Shown here piece after piece: positions 37,201-50,164 of a stretch of 64,000 bases of DNA (position 1 is its first letter; each line of letters opens with the position of its first letter). The stretch comes from Felis catus (lineage: Eukaryota). The stretch covers positions 120,592,001 through 120,656,000 of the forward strand of contig NC_058368.1 of NCBI RefSeq assembly GCF_018350175.1, read 5' to 3'. The notes under the pieces are model-generated. The model searched no databases. It had not been told where the DNA came from and saw only the letters and a list, made by a program, of their open reading frames with translations. The translations under genes were made by a program, and so were the position numbers.

Positions 37201-38457
37201 TTTAAAGTTTCCCTTTTCAGCTTAGTCTTTCATCTTTGTGTATGTCCACATGGTCTAAGTGTACATATTTGATATGTTAAAGACTATGATGGAAAGCAGG
37301 TGTCTCTGAATTAAAGAAGGGGTCCAGAGGAGAATCACTCAAATATTGGTACACTCTAAAATCGCCAAGACCAACAAGATTCATTATGTGAAATGCTATC
37401 CCTGATGTTAATAGCATAATTATCCTACCCTCCCTGTCAGATAATGGTAAATTATCAAAGTCCTAACTCTTAAAAAATATCAGCTCAATTTCTTACTCTT
37501 GTTAACTAAGGATAACTCGACTCATCTAGTGGGTTCATTAATGCTTGTAATTCTGTTCATGAAACTCTTTCCACAGTAGTAAATGTTCATATTTGCCAGT
37601 CTGATATATTTCACATCTAAACGATATGAGGATATAACTTTCAGAAAAAAGTTGATACAAAGTTGGAATGTTGTGGGAACTCGATAAGTGGTAAATTAAT
37701 GAATCAGAAATAGCTCTTAGAGAAACTCTGCAGGTTAATGGTTATTTCTCCATTTTACAAATTCATCAGCTCAGGTTGGTGAAGGTTTAGTGGTAACAAT
37801 AGTGGAAATGAAGCCTAGGTGTTCCTCATACAGAAGGCGCCCCATGCCTGGTCAACTCACCTACATGGAATAATAAGCATGGTGGAAGGCGTCCTGGATG
37901 AATGGGGGCTCAGGGCACCTGCTCTGTGCTGCCCATTGCTGGCAATTGCCACAGGACACAGTATGTATCCCTTTCCTGCTTGTAACCATCACCAGACTTC
38001 ATGGGTCACTTCTGCCCAAGCATTAGCATCTGGCACTTACCAAATGTCCAGTAAATTCTGCTGAGTGGTGAGAATCAATAAATCTTTGTTACCATTGAAA
38101 GAAAAATAGTAAGATTACATATATTACGTGGAGCCAAAGAGTAATCGTGACCTTACATGTGTTTTAAGATGTGAATATCTGCCTTATATATCTAAAGTAC
38201 AGTAAATATATTTTGGGTCACAGAATATGCATGTTATTTGATGCCTTATCCTTTGTCCCCCAAGACTTTAGCGTGCTGTTCACCTTATACAAAATTAAAC
38301 CCTCCCACTCACTCAATACTTCAACAGTATCATCCCTTTCTTCACCTCAGGGTGTCCCCAGGGTTCCCTCAGGATTTTACCCCACTCCTTTCCCTCTTCA
38401 CTTCTCCACCTTCCAACTTCCTGAGAGAACTCACAACCATACCCATAGCTTCAGCTG

Positions 38458-38862
38458 CTGATACAATGGATATCATCACAGATGCTCAGATTCCCTGTCC
38501 TGCTAAAGGACTTGTTCCTCCTGCTTCCGGCAGTGCAGACAGCTAATAAACCTTAACTCTCAGCCTTCTCCAGGGTATTTCTCTCAGCTGAAGACAGCTA
38601 TTTTGCCCAAGGTCAAGCAGTCTGCCCCATGACCAGCGATGAGGGAGGGTAAAGGCCCCTGCCCTTACTGTGCCATCCCGGCTTCAGAATCTCCAGTGAC
38701 TCAGGGGAAACGTGTTGTGAGTCGACAGTGCACACATGTCCTCCCACCCCCCCACCCCTGTGGCCTCCTCTTCTTTCGAAGATGTTGATCTCAGGACACT
38801 TCTAATAAAATTCCTGCACATGAATTTCCATCTGACAGTCTACTTCTGGAGAACCTGTAAGA
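38458..38862 (+). mobile_element. ERVL solo LTR (LTR16-like)
   Basis: ctcagctgaagacagc..ttgcccaaggtca...tgttgatctcaggacacttctaataaaattcctgcac..ttctggagaacc. Confidence 0.65.
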
Positions 38863-39089
38863 ACTAATTGATTTCCACTGGAGTCTCCTTTGACAAGCCC
38901 CAGAATCATCTACCTCTCTGCCTATTGAATATCTTCCATCTAAATTCCCTTAATCACCTCAAACTCTACCTTCCTTCCCGGACTGAACTCATCTCGTTTT
39001 CTATATCCTTAGACTCTGATCTTCCCTTAGATTTTCCTTCTTAAGGAATTTCACCACCAGTATATAAGCCTCCCAAGCCACAGACTTGG

Positions 39090-39639
39090 TGTATTAGTTA
39101 TCTACTGCTGCATAACAACATCGTCACCAATTTAGCAGCTTAAAACAGCATGCATTTATTACCTTACAGTTTCTCTGTCTCAGGAGTAAAGGCAACAGCT
39201 GAGTCCTCTGCCAAGCTACAGCCAATATGTTGGCCAGTGATGGAGCTCCATCAGAGTGGAAGGATTCTTTTCCAAGCTCATGTAGTTACTGGGAGAGTTC
39301 AGTTCCTTGCAGGCTGCAGGAATGAGGGCCCTCAGTTACTTATTGGCTGTTGGCAAGAGGCGTAAGTGACCTCAGTTCCACACCACATGGTCCTCTCCAT
39401 AAGCAGCTCATAATATGACAATATCCTTCTTAAAAGCCAGCAGGGGCAAGAGAGTTCTAGCAAGTAAAGTACTACAATCCTAAGTAACATAATCACAGAA
39501 GGGACATCCCATCACCCTTACTATATTTAGATGGCTGGACGCAAGTCACAGGTACTGCCCTCGGTCAGGAGGAGTGGCCCACAGAAAGGTGTGACACCAG
39601 AAGGCAAAATCATGGGGCCACCTTAGGATAGGTCCATGA
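39090..39639 (-). mobile_element. MaLR solo LTR (MLT1E-like)
   Basis: tgtattagttatctactgctgcataac...gttcagttccttgcaggctgcagg...catggggccaccttag; 5-bp TSD cttgg on both sides. Confidence 0.85.
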
Positions 39640-40199
39640 CTTGGGCTATATTATTTTTATTTTAGCCCCTCCTCAAGGCACTCTTTCTTAACTTTATCAA
39701 TAAAAACAAATACCTTCTGTGATGCTTTATGGTTCTTGCCTTTCTGGGATATTTGACCTAAAGTTCAGAAGGAAAGAAATCTAGAAATCTCCTAGAGTTA
39801 ATAAAACTCATCTGAGATGAATTTTTCTGAGGAGTTGGAGAAAATGTGAGCAGAGATGGCCCTATTCTCTCTTATCCAGAGCAACACTGCAGCAATGCAA
39901 CCTAGTAGAATGTGCATGGCAACAGGAGTGCTCTCTTCAAATTATCCAAAGAATTTACCCTGTAATGTGTATTACCTATGACATAAAAAAGGAATTCTTA
40001 GTTTCTGAAGCTCTTTACAATTCTGCCAGGCCATGAATTGTCTTGTCCAAAAGCCTTCCAGAATATGACACATATAAATCCATACCCCTATTCTCATTTT
40101 GGTATCTACCAGCCATCATTCTCAGGTTTCTTTTGCAAACCTGGCTTGAAGAGATGTCACCATCATTCTCCCTAATCTCTCAGAGTCACATTCTGGATG

Positions 40200-40350
40200 A
40201 CAGGTATGGTAAAGTTCTGAGTAACAAGACCTCTGGGGCAGAAAAAAAAAATGGCTTCTTCTCCATTATAACCATGTATTGCCTGACAAGTTCCTTAAGT
40301 TGTATAAGCTTCAGTTTCCTCAGGGGTAAAATGGAGATATAATAGCACCT
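40200..40350 (+). mobile_element. MIR 5' half (3' half at about 41195-41300), split by an L1
   Basis: gcttcagtttcctcaggggtaaaatggagatataatagcacct ... gactgaggactaagt..cacaaatgttag. Confidence 0.7.
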
Positions 40351-40821
40351 TTGAATTATAAATGGGATTGTTTCCTTAATTTCTCTTTCTGTTACTTTAT
40401 TAGTAGTATATAGAAATGTCTATTAATCTATCCTGTGACTTTGCTGAATTCTTTTATCAGTTGTAGCAGTTTTGGGGTGAAGTCTATAGGGTTTAATATA
40501 TATAGTATCATGTCATCTGCAAATAGTGAAAGTTTTCCTTCTTCACCAATTCGAATGCTTTTTTTTTCCTCTTGTCCTACTATTGTATCTAAGATTTCCA
40601 GTACTCTATTGAATGAATGTGGTGAGACTGGACATCCTTGTCTTGTTCCTGATCTCAAAGGAAAAGCTTACAGTTTTTCACCATTGAGTGTGACGTCAGC
40701 TGTGGGTTTTTCATATATGGCCTTTATTACGTTGGGGTATGCTCCCTCTAAAATTACTTTGTTGAAAGTTTTTGTCATGAATGGATGAAGTACATTGATG
40801 AATGCTTTTTCTGCATTTATT
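40351..40821 (-). mobile_element. L1 ORF2 reverse-transcriptase segment (inverted part of a 5'-inverted L1)
   Basis: Minus ORFs contain [33 protein letters not shown]. Confidence 0.95.
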
Positions 40822-41156
40822 AACATCTTGCCACTTATGACAACATGAATGGATCTAGAGGGTATCCTGCTAAGCAAAATAAATCAATCAGAGAAAAATA
40901 AATACCATATGATTTGACTCATATATGGAACTGAAAAAACAAAACAAAGAAAAAAGAGACAAACAAAAAAAAAGACTCTTAACTATAGAGAACAAACTGG
41001 TGGTTGCCAGAGGAGAGGTGAGTGAGGGGATGGGTTAAATAGGTGAAGGTATTAAGAATACACGTACCACAATGAGCACTGAGTACTGTGTAGTATTGTT
41101 GCATCATTATATTGTACACCTGAAACTAATGTAACACTCCAATTATACGTGGATAA

Positions 41157-41190
<34 letters not shown>
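40822..41190 (+). mobile_element. Carnivore L1 3' end with (TAA)n tail
   Basis: atcttgccacttatgacaacatgaatggatctagagggtat...gactcttaactatagagaacaaactg...tgtacacctgaaactaatgtaacac. Confidence 0.92.
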
Positions 41191-41193
<3 letters not shown>

Positions 41194-42208
41194 GCAGCAC
41201 TTTTTCAGTAGAGAGAGTTGACTGAGGACTAAGTAAACAAACCATTTAACATAGAGCTCAACATATGATAAAACTTCACAAATGTTAGTGCCTAACATTA
41301 TCATTATTGCCAAGAACAAGACTGGTTGCCAGACAGAAAAAATCTCAAGAAACATCAAGCTGCCAATTTTTAAGTTTTCTAATTAAATTCATCTTCAGAA
41401 CTATCATTTAGTATCACCATTCTTTTATCAAAGAAAAAATAGTTTAAACCTAAAAGGACAAAATCTTGGATTAAAGGATAGTCTTTTTAAGTGTTATATA
41501 TTTAGCTTTGGAGAAAAAAACCCCATTCTCCAGCACTGATTTTTCCTATCTATGTTGCCAATGCATGGTGAAAACTTCATCATGGAATTTCACTGATGAT
41601 TTCACCAGTGCTAGGGTTTAGCAATTGCTGCATTAGAGGCCCAAGTTCCATCAGACCAGAGTGATAGAGCTGGTATGACTGCCCTTCTCTATCTCAACCA
41701 CTGAATGAATGATAGGTTTATCCTGCATCAATGCATATTTTTTGTTAGGATACCTCAAACCAAATTGGACCCCAAACTTTCAATCTCTTTTGACTGATTC
41801 TCTGTGAACAGAACGAGTGAAACTTCTCAACAATCGGTCATCTTATTTTTGCAGTAAATGGGGTTCGAGAGAGCTATTACAACTTGATGAGTTTGTTTGC
41901 ACCATGCTGGTCCCATCCTCACCCAGTAGGGAAACTTGAGGGGGAGGGGGGCATTTTACAAAAACCTCACATATTTTAAATACAGAAACATTATGCAGTC
42001 TTTCTGGTAAATTACACTTGATTGGTATGGAAGATAAACGTCACAATTGAGAGCAATTTGTAAAAATGCAACTGGAAATAATTTCTTTGCTCATGTTGTT
42101 AAAAAGAAATATACTCCCAATCACGGATTTAAACAGGGTGGTGATGTATGGCATGTATTAGCTGAAAAATCATGCATCTCTGTGTGGCAGTTTATTTACA
42201 TATATATG

Positions 42209-42210
<2 letters not shown>

Positions 42211-42244
<34 letters not shown>
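42211..42244. repeat. (TG)17 microsatellite
   Basis: Perfect TG run. Confidence 0.96.
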
Positions 42245-42247
<3 letters not shown>

Positions 42248-42430
42248 TGGCAATCAAGAAATGTTTGTATTTGAATCTACTATTTCTGTCTGGATGGGAA
42301 GAGGAAGAACAGAAATGTGTTTTCTAGATTTGGCTTGCTTATAGATCCTCTTAATGAGGTAGAGCACAATTCATTAAAAAATAGATTGGAGTATTTTCTC
42401 ATATATTTTTGCTGATTTACTGGAATACAC

Positions 42431-42719
42431 TGTATAATTTTAGTTGCAAATGATAGCAACCCAACTAAAACTGGATTTGGGGACAGGGGAGGAATTATCT
42501 TATAAAATGGAAAAAACCATGGGGTACCCTCCTTTAGAAACAGTAGTATCCCAGGGCACCTGGGTGGCTCGGTTGGTTAAATGTCCAACTTCAGCTCAGG
42601 TCATGATCTTACAGTTCATGAGTTCGAGCCCCACATCAGGCTCTGTGCTGACAGCTCAGAGTCTGGAGCCTGCTTCAGATTCTGTGTCTCCCTCTCTCTC
42701 TGCCCCTACCCCACTCTTG

Positions 42720-42764
<45 letters not shown>

Positions 42765-43220
42765 TCAAAAATAATAAACATTAAAAAAAAAAGAACCAGC
42801 AGTATCCACATGCACAAATGATGAAATCAAAATTCTCCATCTCTCTGTTCTGCATTCTTCTTTGTTGGCTCTGCTCTCAGATTCTCTCCAAGAAGTGGCA
42901 AAATTGGTGACCAGCAAATCAAGATTGTATCTTAATGGGCTAACAACTTGAGCTGAAAAAGCTTGCCTTTTTCTTAGTAATTTAATGATTACTGAGCTCC
43001 AGCTAGGTCCAAATGTCCAATTCAGATTCAACCACTAGTCGTAGAAATGTGGAGGTCTCATTCATTATGGGTGGGTCAACTGTTCACTTCTTGGACCTGG
43101 AAGTAAAGTCAGTTTTCACTACCAACACCCAGGAGATCTGTACATTTGGGACATAGGTCTCTTAGAGAAAGGAAAAGGTTCTACTGCGGTACAGCAGGCA
43201 GTCAGAGATGTTTCTTACCC
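42431..43220 (-). mobile_element. MaLR LTR (MLT1K/L-like), interrupted by a SINE
   Basis: tagttgcaaatgatagcaacccaactaaaactgg...ttctttgttggctctgctctcaga..gtggcaaaattggtgaccagc. Confidence 0.55.
42554..42791 (+). mobile_element. CanSINE (SINEC_Fc2-like) with (TG)21 in place of the distal CT tract
   Basis: Full body; TG run 42721-42762; TSD-like agaaacagtagtatcc / agaaccagcagtatcc. Confidence 0.95.
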
Positions 43221-43569
43221 TTCAGTGATTATTATGTTTTTTTTCTGTCCAGAGCCAATTGATATTCTAGCCTAGTAGGGCATGCTAGAACTTCTACCCT
43301 TTTAGTAATTGACCCTGTAGCAGGTTACCTGTCTGGGTATTACTATACTATACTTACTATACTACCATGAAATAAGACAGTAATGACAACACCTTCAAAA
43401 TAAATGATTGTGGGGACCCATGTTTACATACAACGTTTACGTAATGTTCTCACATAAAATGAGCAGAGATCACACACCTGCCCTACATGATTTAAGAGTC
43501 TTGTTTATGTGTTGCTTTACCAACAAGCTAGTAACCTAATAATTACAGATTATTAACTCCAAGGAGAGA

Positions 43570-43850
43570 AAGGCAGTATCAATATAGCAGAAGAGGCATT
43601 TGATTTAGAACTATACAAACTTGAGTTAAAATTCTAGCTCAGGTCCTCAGTAAATTAGGGCAATCAATTTTTTAAGTTAATTGAGTGTGTCATGTTAGAC
43701 AAGCTGTTTAGCCTCTCCAAACCTAAGTTTTCTCATCTCTAAAATAGGGATAAATCTATTTACCTTGCAGATTTGTAATGAGGATTAGACATAGCAGAAA
43801 TTCAGCCCAAGTGTCATGTAGGAATGAAATAAATAATAGCTGTTATCTTT
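43570..43850 (+). mobile_element. MIR SINE
   Basis: gacaagctgtttagcctctcc..agttttctcatctctaaaataggga..gtaatgaggattag. Confidence 0.75.
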
Positions 43851-44359
43851 AGGAATAATAACAGCCTTTAATAATGCTATTGAAAACTACTGAGGAAATA
43901 ATTGATACTTTGGAAAAAAACCAATGGCGGAAATGACAAGAATTTGTTTAAAAAAAAAAAAAGAACAGGGACTTGAAACCAACACACACAAAAAAGACTC
44001 TTTCTGACCTCTCTATTGCAAATGTTGCACAATGTTCAATTTTTAGAAAACACACATTATAAGGAAAGACATATGTACACAGAGACCATTTAAAAAGCGT
44101 TGATACGTATTTTACTCTCATAAAATGAGGATAAAACCCCATAGGTTTTGGAACCATTACAGGGATAGCATAGATGGAGTACAGGGGTGAAACCTACATT
44201 TATATGGCTCTCTAGAGTTTACAGTTCATACACACAGTCTTTCACAGGAAGGTGGGTAGCTAAAGATAGTTGTCACTGACTTCCAACCTTTGGTCTTCCG
44301 GAACACAATTTTATAGTGGGCTTTCACTAATTCCACGCCTGATCCATTAGTTACCCTGG

Positions 44360-44710
44360 ATTAAAACCCAGAGAACCTGTGTTTGACTCCCAAGTCTGCC
44401 ATTTAACAACTACTAGTCACTGGTCAGAGGGATAACCTCTCTAAGCCTATCTTATCTGCAAACCAAGTGTGGGAGGATAACACAGTGCAGAAAGGCATTA
44501 ACTTTGGAGCTAGACTGCCTGAATTAGGATCTTAGTAGCCTTGACACGTGTAAATGACTCCACCTTTCAGTTTTCTCATCTGTACATCGGGCATAATTAA
44601 AGCAGCTACTGGCGACGATGAAGTGATTTAACCACAGGACGTGTTTAGCATATTGTCTGGTATGTGGTAAGAAGTCCACAAATTTAGCTATTACTCCTGT
44701 TAATCATAAT
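44360..44710 (+). mobile_element. Two adjacent MIR fragments
   Basis: aacctctctaagcctatcttatctgcaaa (44435) and tcagttttctcatctgtacatcggg (44568). Confidence 0.65.
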
Positions 44711-46169
44711 ACTCATTTTTATGGCTGCTATGTAGTTGTTATAATAGAATTTACTTTTATTATCTCAGTACCCTACTAGCATATAGTAAATGCTCAATAA
44801 ATAGCCCTACATCTTGCTTACTACGATGAACATTACTGTACCTAATCTTTTGAATGGTAGAGTAACCATGTAGCTACTACACTGAGAGTTTCTTCATAGT
44901 TAACCATACCATTCTTAATGGTGCACTTCCTATGCTTATCACCAGGCATGAAATATAATCAGTTTTTAGTAAATTTAACCCAAGATATCAAAGCCAAATG
45001 AACTGACTTTTGAAAGTGTTATTCTTGATTGTCATTTGCATACATGGAGTTTATACATTGGAAGTTTTCCTTCTGACATTTCACTTCAGTTTTCCTCACT
45101 TTCCATTAGTTCTCCATTAAAACTTTGCCCCTGGAGGGTAAGTGGTTAAGAATGAGTTTGCAAATATCTGCATTATTTACCAAACCATGGAAAGAAGGCA
45201 GCTTCAAAAGCCCTACTTTTCATTTCCCTTGCCTCCTCAAAGGGCCACAGCTATGCATCCCATTTATTACAAGTTCATTGCAGCCACCTCCAGAATCAGC
45301 CTTAAGGGGCTGCTAAACTTTAATTGGAATGAGGAAGTCAAGACCCTCTGCAGTCTTTTAAAGGACGAAGCAATGCACCTTAGTGGTTTGGGGGCTTCTC
45401 CAAACTCATGCCACCATATTAAGAGTCTCATTCCAAAGCATAAACGTCTTGGAACAATCCTCCAGAAATACAAGCAATTTGAGTGACAAATGCGAAATTA
45501 CACAATTGGGGGGGAAAAGACTGTCAAGCCAAAACATAGAAAGTAATGATTCATTTTAGAAAATAAAATACTCAAAGAAACATCAGGGAACTTGTTTTCG
45601 GCTGCAGTTAGCTTAATGAAATGGTTCTCTAAGTGGATGTTTATTGGAAATCTGTGTTTAGAAGGCTGGAAATAAATTCCATTTTTAAGTTATGCTTTTT
45701 TCCCCCCTCTCCCTCTGCATTTGCTGGCCCATTTTATTCAAAGCTGAACACCAGATATAAATAAGAATTCTTGAACTGCTTTTAAACTGCTGGCATCTGT
45801 TAGATTAGAAGGAAGTCTGATTTAGCAAAACTTAGAACAGTACAGAACAATTGCCAAAACGAGAGAATCTTTTATTTATGTTGTACAACAATATTATGTA
45901 ACCAGGCAAGTTGTTCATCTTCATTCTTTATGATGAGTATATGGGACAATATATCTCTTAATGTTTGGCCAGCTGAGAGCCCATTAGCTGGTGCTGCATT
46001 ATTTAGACGTTAAATTGATTTGAGAGGAAATTAATTATGTATGTTCAGCTAAAAACCATCACTGCATTCGGTAAGCTCTTATTATAAAGACCTCCCTCTG
46101 TTTTTTTTTTTTTCAGGGGAGAAGTGGTGGTTGTTTTATTGTTCTTCCTAGTTTCTAGAGCCTCCTGAA

Positions 46170-46400
46170 ACCTAGTAGTTAAAAGTTAAGAATGCCATTG
46201 CTGAAGAGATCTTGGCTTGAAATGTAGCTGACCATTATCAGGGTGTTTGAATTTGGAAAGTTATTAATCTAAGCATATTATTCAACTATAAAATAGGGCT
46301 AATAGTATCTTCTTCACGGATTCATTCTGTGGATTAATGTACATGAACTGCTCAGCACATTGTCTGATACATAGCAAGTACTCAATGCTCACACTAAAAA
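46170..46400 (+). mobile_element. MIR SINE
   Basis: aactataaaatagggctaatagtatct..gctcagcacattgtctgatacatagcaagtactcaat. Confidence 0.7.
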
Positions 46401-46689
46401 AAAAAAAAATCACTACATCCTCATGAATACAAAGTTAACTTCGGAACGCGTTAACTAAATGTTAGATATTTAGGGACATAGTCTGTGTACTGAGAATAAG
46501 CGAACACAACAAGAGACTGGGAAATAGTGTTTACCATAACTGTTCTGACATAAAAGTCCATCAGTCATGTCTGGATAACAATGCTGAATAATGTGGATAA
46601 GGAATCAAGATAGTGGAAAACCCAACAAGGTTTTCTGTTGGTTTGCTCTTCCTATTTTACTATAAGGATAGTACTATATACGATACATG

Positions 46690-46870
46690 TTGTATCACTA
46701 CATCAGTATGACAATTCATTCAGTAAGGTAGATGCAATTATTGGACCCCTTTTATAGATAAGGAGACTGAGGTTCGGACATGACATACAATCTTCCCAGT
46801 CGTAATAAATCAGAATAAACTCAAAGTCAACTCATCTCGCTCAGCCCCCATGCCTAACTCCTCATCATGC
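46690..46870 (-). mobile_element. MIR SINE
   Basis: ccccttttatagataaggagactgaggttc. Confidence 0.65.
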
Positions 46871-48184
46871 CTCTCAAGAAGGGATTTCTTTCCATCAGTA
46901 GTTCTTTAGTGCTATGAACCAATGAGCAATGATCTATGACTGAGGGAAAACAAAGAAAATGGCATTAGATTTTCAACACAGAGCCTCACATTCTTACACA
47001 TCAATGGGATTCTCTTGTATGTTTGGGCTACATTTCTGAAGCTCTCTCTCTCTAACACACCTAATTTTAGAATATATAGTTGACCCTTGAACAATGTGGG
47101 GTTACAATCCAATGCTACTTGATTTATTTGTGGCTCAAACTTTTCTAGCTTTGACTATTGAGAGCTCTTTCAGTTGGTTCTTGTGTCTTTCTGACATACT
47201 CCTTTTGCTGTACTTCATTTTGTTTTTGAGCCAAAGTTCTGGCACTACAGGATGCTCCAGATTCAACCTGCGTATTTTCTGACAGACCCCAAGAATCAAC
47301 GACTTCTCCAAAGTTCCTTTATTGGAGAATGGTATTAGAAACCAATATCTGAGTGTTAGATGTGCTTGCTGCTACTGTCTGCCCTTCTTTCTAGCGTTCC
47401 TCAGCTAACAGAGCAAGGATACATATGTGTGTGTTAACCTGTTTATATATACATACCTAAAAATACAAAATAGCCATCTCTAGTCTATTAACCTAAATAT
47501 TAGGTCATATGGAAATCTCCAGTTATGTTACTGCAATGTCATTATAGCTTTCACCTTTTTTTGGCTATAGCTTTGCATAATAATGAGAAACTTGGCTTAC
47601 ACCATTTACATCCATTGAATTGTTCAGTTCCAGGATACATGTGTAGCACTATGTGAACCATCCACGCATACCCATGGATAACAACTTTATCAAGTACGTA
47701 CAGTATTAGATGCATTTCCTTTTGCCTTTTGTCTTAAGACACCACATTTTTACAGTTATTTGGTCAAGACCTTTCCCCACTGGCCTCCTTCAGTAAGGTT
47801 GTTTTAGACATTATTAATATATTTAGATATTTTTTGTCATAATATTATGCATTCCATCCTGAGTTCCTCTAGCCTCCTAAATGATTGTTTAATATGCAGA
47901 CATCAAAGCTCACTCTTTTTGCATGCTGTAAAGTTCAACAGGTGATAATAATTTCATGCTATAATGTATACACACTTACAGGATCATATAGCATAGTTTT
48001 TCTAGCCTAAAAATTTCTCTGAGCTTCACCTATTCTACCCCCTCCCTCAAATCTCTGAAAATCACTTTGCTACTGTCTACATTCTCGTTTTTCCAAAATG
48101 TCATACATACAGAATCATGCAACATGTACTCTTTTAGACTTGCTTCTGTTAGTTAGCACTGTACATTTAAGCTTCAATATCTCT

Positions 48185-48609
48185 TACAAATGGCTAACAG
48201 ACACATGAAAAACAAATGCTCAACACCATTATCATCAGAGAAATATAAAACAAAATCGCAATGAGATATCACCTCACACCTGTCAGAATGGCTACAATTA
48301 ACAACCCAAAAAACAACCAATGTAGGCAAGGATGCAGAGAAAGGGGAACCCTCTTATACTGTTGGTGGGAATACAAACAGCCGCAGACACTTTGCAGAAC
48401 AGTGTGGAGGTTCCTCAAAAAGTGAAAACTAGAACTACCCTATGTCCCAGAAATTGTACTACTAGGTATTTATCCAAAGAATACAAAAATGCTGATTCAC
48501 AGGGGCACATGCATCCCAATGTTTATAGCAGCATTAACAACAGCCAAATTATGGAAAGAACCCACATGTCCACTGACTCATGAATGAATAAAGAAGATGT
48601 GATGTGTTG

Positions 48610-48651
<42 letters not shown>

Positions 48652-49064
48652 TACTCAGCCATCAAAAAGAATGAAATCTTGCCATTTGCAACCATGTGGA
48701 TGGAACTAGAGTGTATTACGCTAAGCAAAATAAGTCAGAGAAAAACAAACACCCTATGATTTCACTCACATATGAAATTTAAGAAATAAAGGAGATGAAC
48801 ATAGGGGAAGAGAAGGAAAAATAAAATAAAAATGGAGATGGAGGCAAAACCAGAAGATACTCTTAACTATAGAGAACAAACTCAGGGTTGCTGGTGGGGT
48901 GTTAGGTGGGGAGGATGGGCTAAATAGGTGATGGGCATTAAGGAGGGAACTTGTGATGAGCATTGGGTGTTCTATAGAAGTGACGAATCACTAAATTCCA
49001 CTCCTGAAACCAAATACATTATATGTTACCTAAGTTTGGTTTAAAGAAAAACTTGGAAGAAAAA
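48185..49064 (+). mobile_element. Carnivore L1 3' end (ORF2 C-terminus and 3'UTR), with (TG)n at 48611-48649
   Basis: atggctaacagacacatgaaaa, gagatatcacctcacacctgtcagaatggc, aaagaatgaaatcttgccatttgcaac, gaatcactaaattccactcctgaaacc. Confidence 0.93.
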
Positions 49065-49813
49065 CAATTCACCATGCCTTTTCATAGTTTGATAACTTAC
49101 TCATTTTTACTACTGAGTAATATTCCATTGTATGGACTACCAAGTTTATCTATTTACCTGTTTAAAAATGTCGTTGCTTCTACTTTTTTGATGATCGTTA
49201 AAGTACTATCGATAAACATTTGCATGCAGGTTTTTGTATGGACATTAATTTTCTAATCAGATGTGTAAATATCTAGGAGCACTATTTCTAGATTTTATGA
49301 TAAGACAATGTTTAGCTTTGTTAGCCAAAATGTCTTATTAAGTGACAGTGTCATTTTGTAATCTCAACAGCAAGGAAAGAGAATTTTGTTGTTCAATATC
49401 TTCACCAGCAATTGGTATTGTCAGGTTGTTTTTTGTTTTTGTTTTTGTTTTTAATTAACCATTCTAATAGATGTGCACTGGTATCTCATCATTGCTCTAA
49501 TTTACATTATATAATGAAAAAATAATACTGATTATCTTTTCATATGCTTATTTTTCATCTGTGTATTTTCTTTGGTGGCATATTTGTTCAATTTTTTAAC
49601 CATTTTTAATTGAGTCGTTTGTTGTTTTATTGTTGAGTTATGACAATTCTTTTGTTTTCATTTGGGATCGAAGTCATTTATCAGATACGTGTTTTGTAAA
49701 CAATTTTTCTCCCTAATCGGGGGCTTATCTTTTCACTCTTTTAACAGTGCCTTTTACAGAGCACAACTTTTTTTATTTGTTTTTTTGTTCTTGTTGTTTT
49801 GGTGTTTTGTTCT

Positions 49814-50025
49814 CTTTTTTTTTAATCCTTACTTATTTTTGAGAGAGAGAGAGAGAGACAGAGTGCAAGTGGAGGAGGGGCAGAGATGGAGACACAGAAT
49901 CCAAGCAGGCTCCAGGCTCTGGGCTGTCAGCACAGAGTCCAATGCAGGACTCCACCCCACCAACTGTGAGATCATGACCTGAGCAGAAGTGGGACACTTA
50001 ACCGCCTGAGCCAGGCAGGCGCTCC
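49814..50025 (-). mobile_element. CanSINE (SINEC_Fc2-like), inserted in the tail of the adjacent short SINE
   Basis: (GA)n, gcaggctccaggctctgggctgtcagcacagag...gagatcatgacctgagc. Confidence 0.93.
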
Positions 50026-50142
50026 TGTGTTGTTTTGTTTTAGGTAAGCTTCACTCCCAGCATGGAGTTCAATGCAGGGCTAGAATTCATGATTCTGAGG
50101 TCAAGAGTAGGATACTTAACTGACTGAGCCACCCAGACACGC
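50026..50142 (-). mobile_element. Short older CanSINE
   Basis: ctcccagcatggagttcaatgcagggctagaa...aggtcaagagt..cttaactgactgagccacccag. Confidence 0.8.
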
Positions 50143-50164
50143 TGAGAAGTTTTAATATAGTTCA

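Noticed and set aside
40428..40877. Reverse-transcriptase motifs (FADD) as a possible retron-like or novel RT system
   Set aside because: Frameshifted fragment of ordinary L1 ORF2
41577..41599. Box C-like RTGATGA motifs suggesting a C/D snoRNA
   Set aside because: No correctly placed box D with a terminal stem was found
45142..45486. 114-aa ORF in unique DNA
   Set aside because: GTG start, no recognisable homology or convincing flanking splice sites
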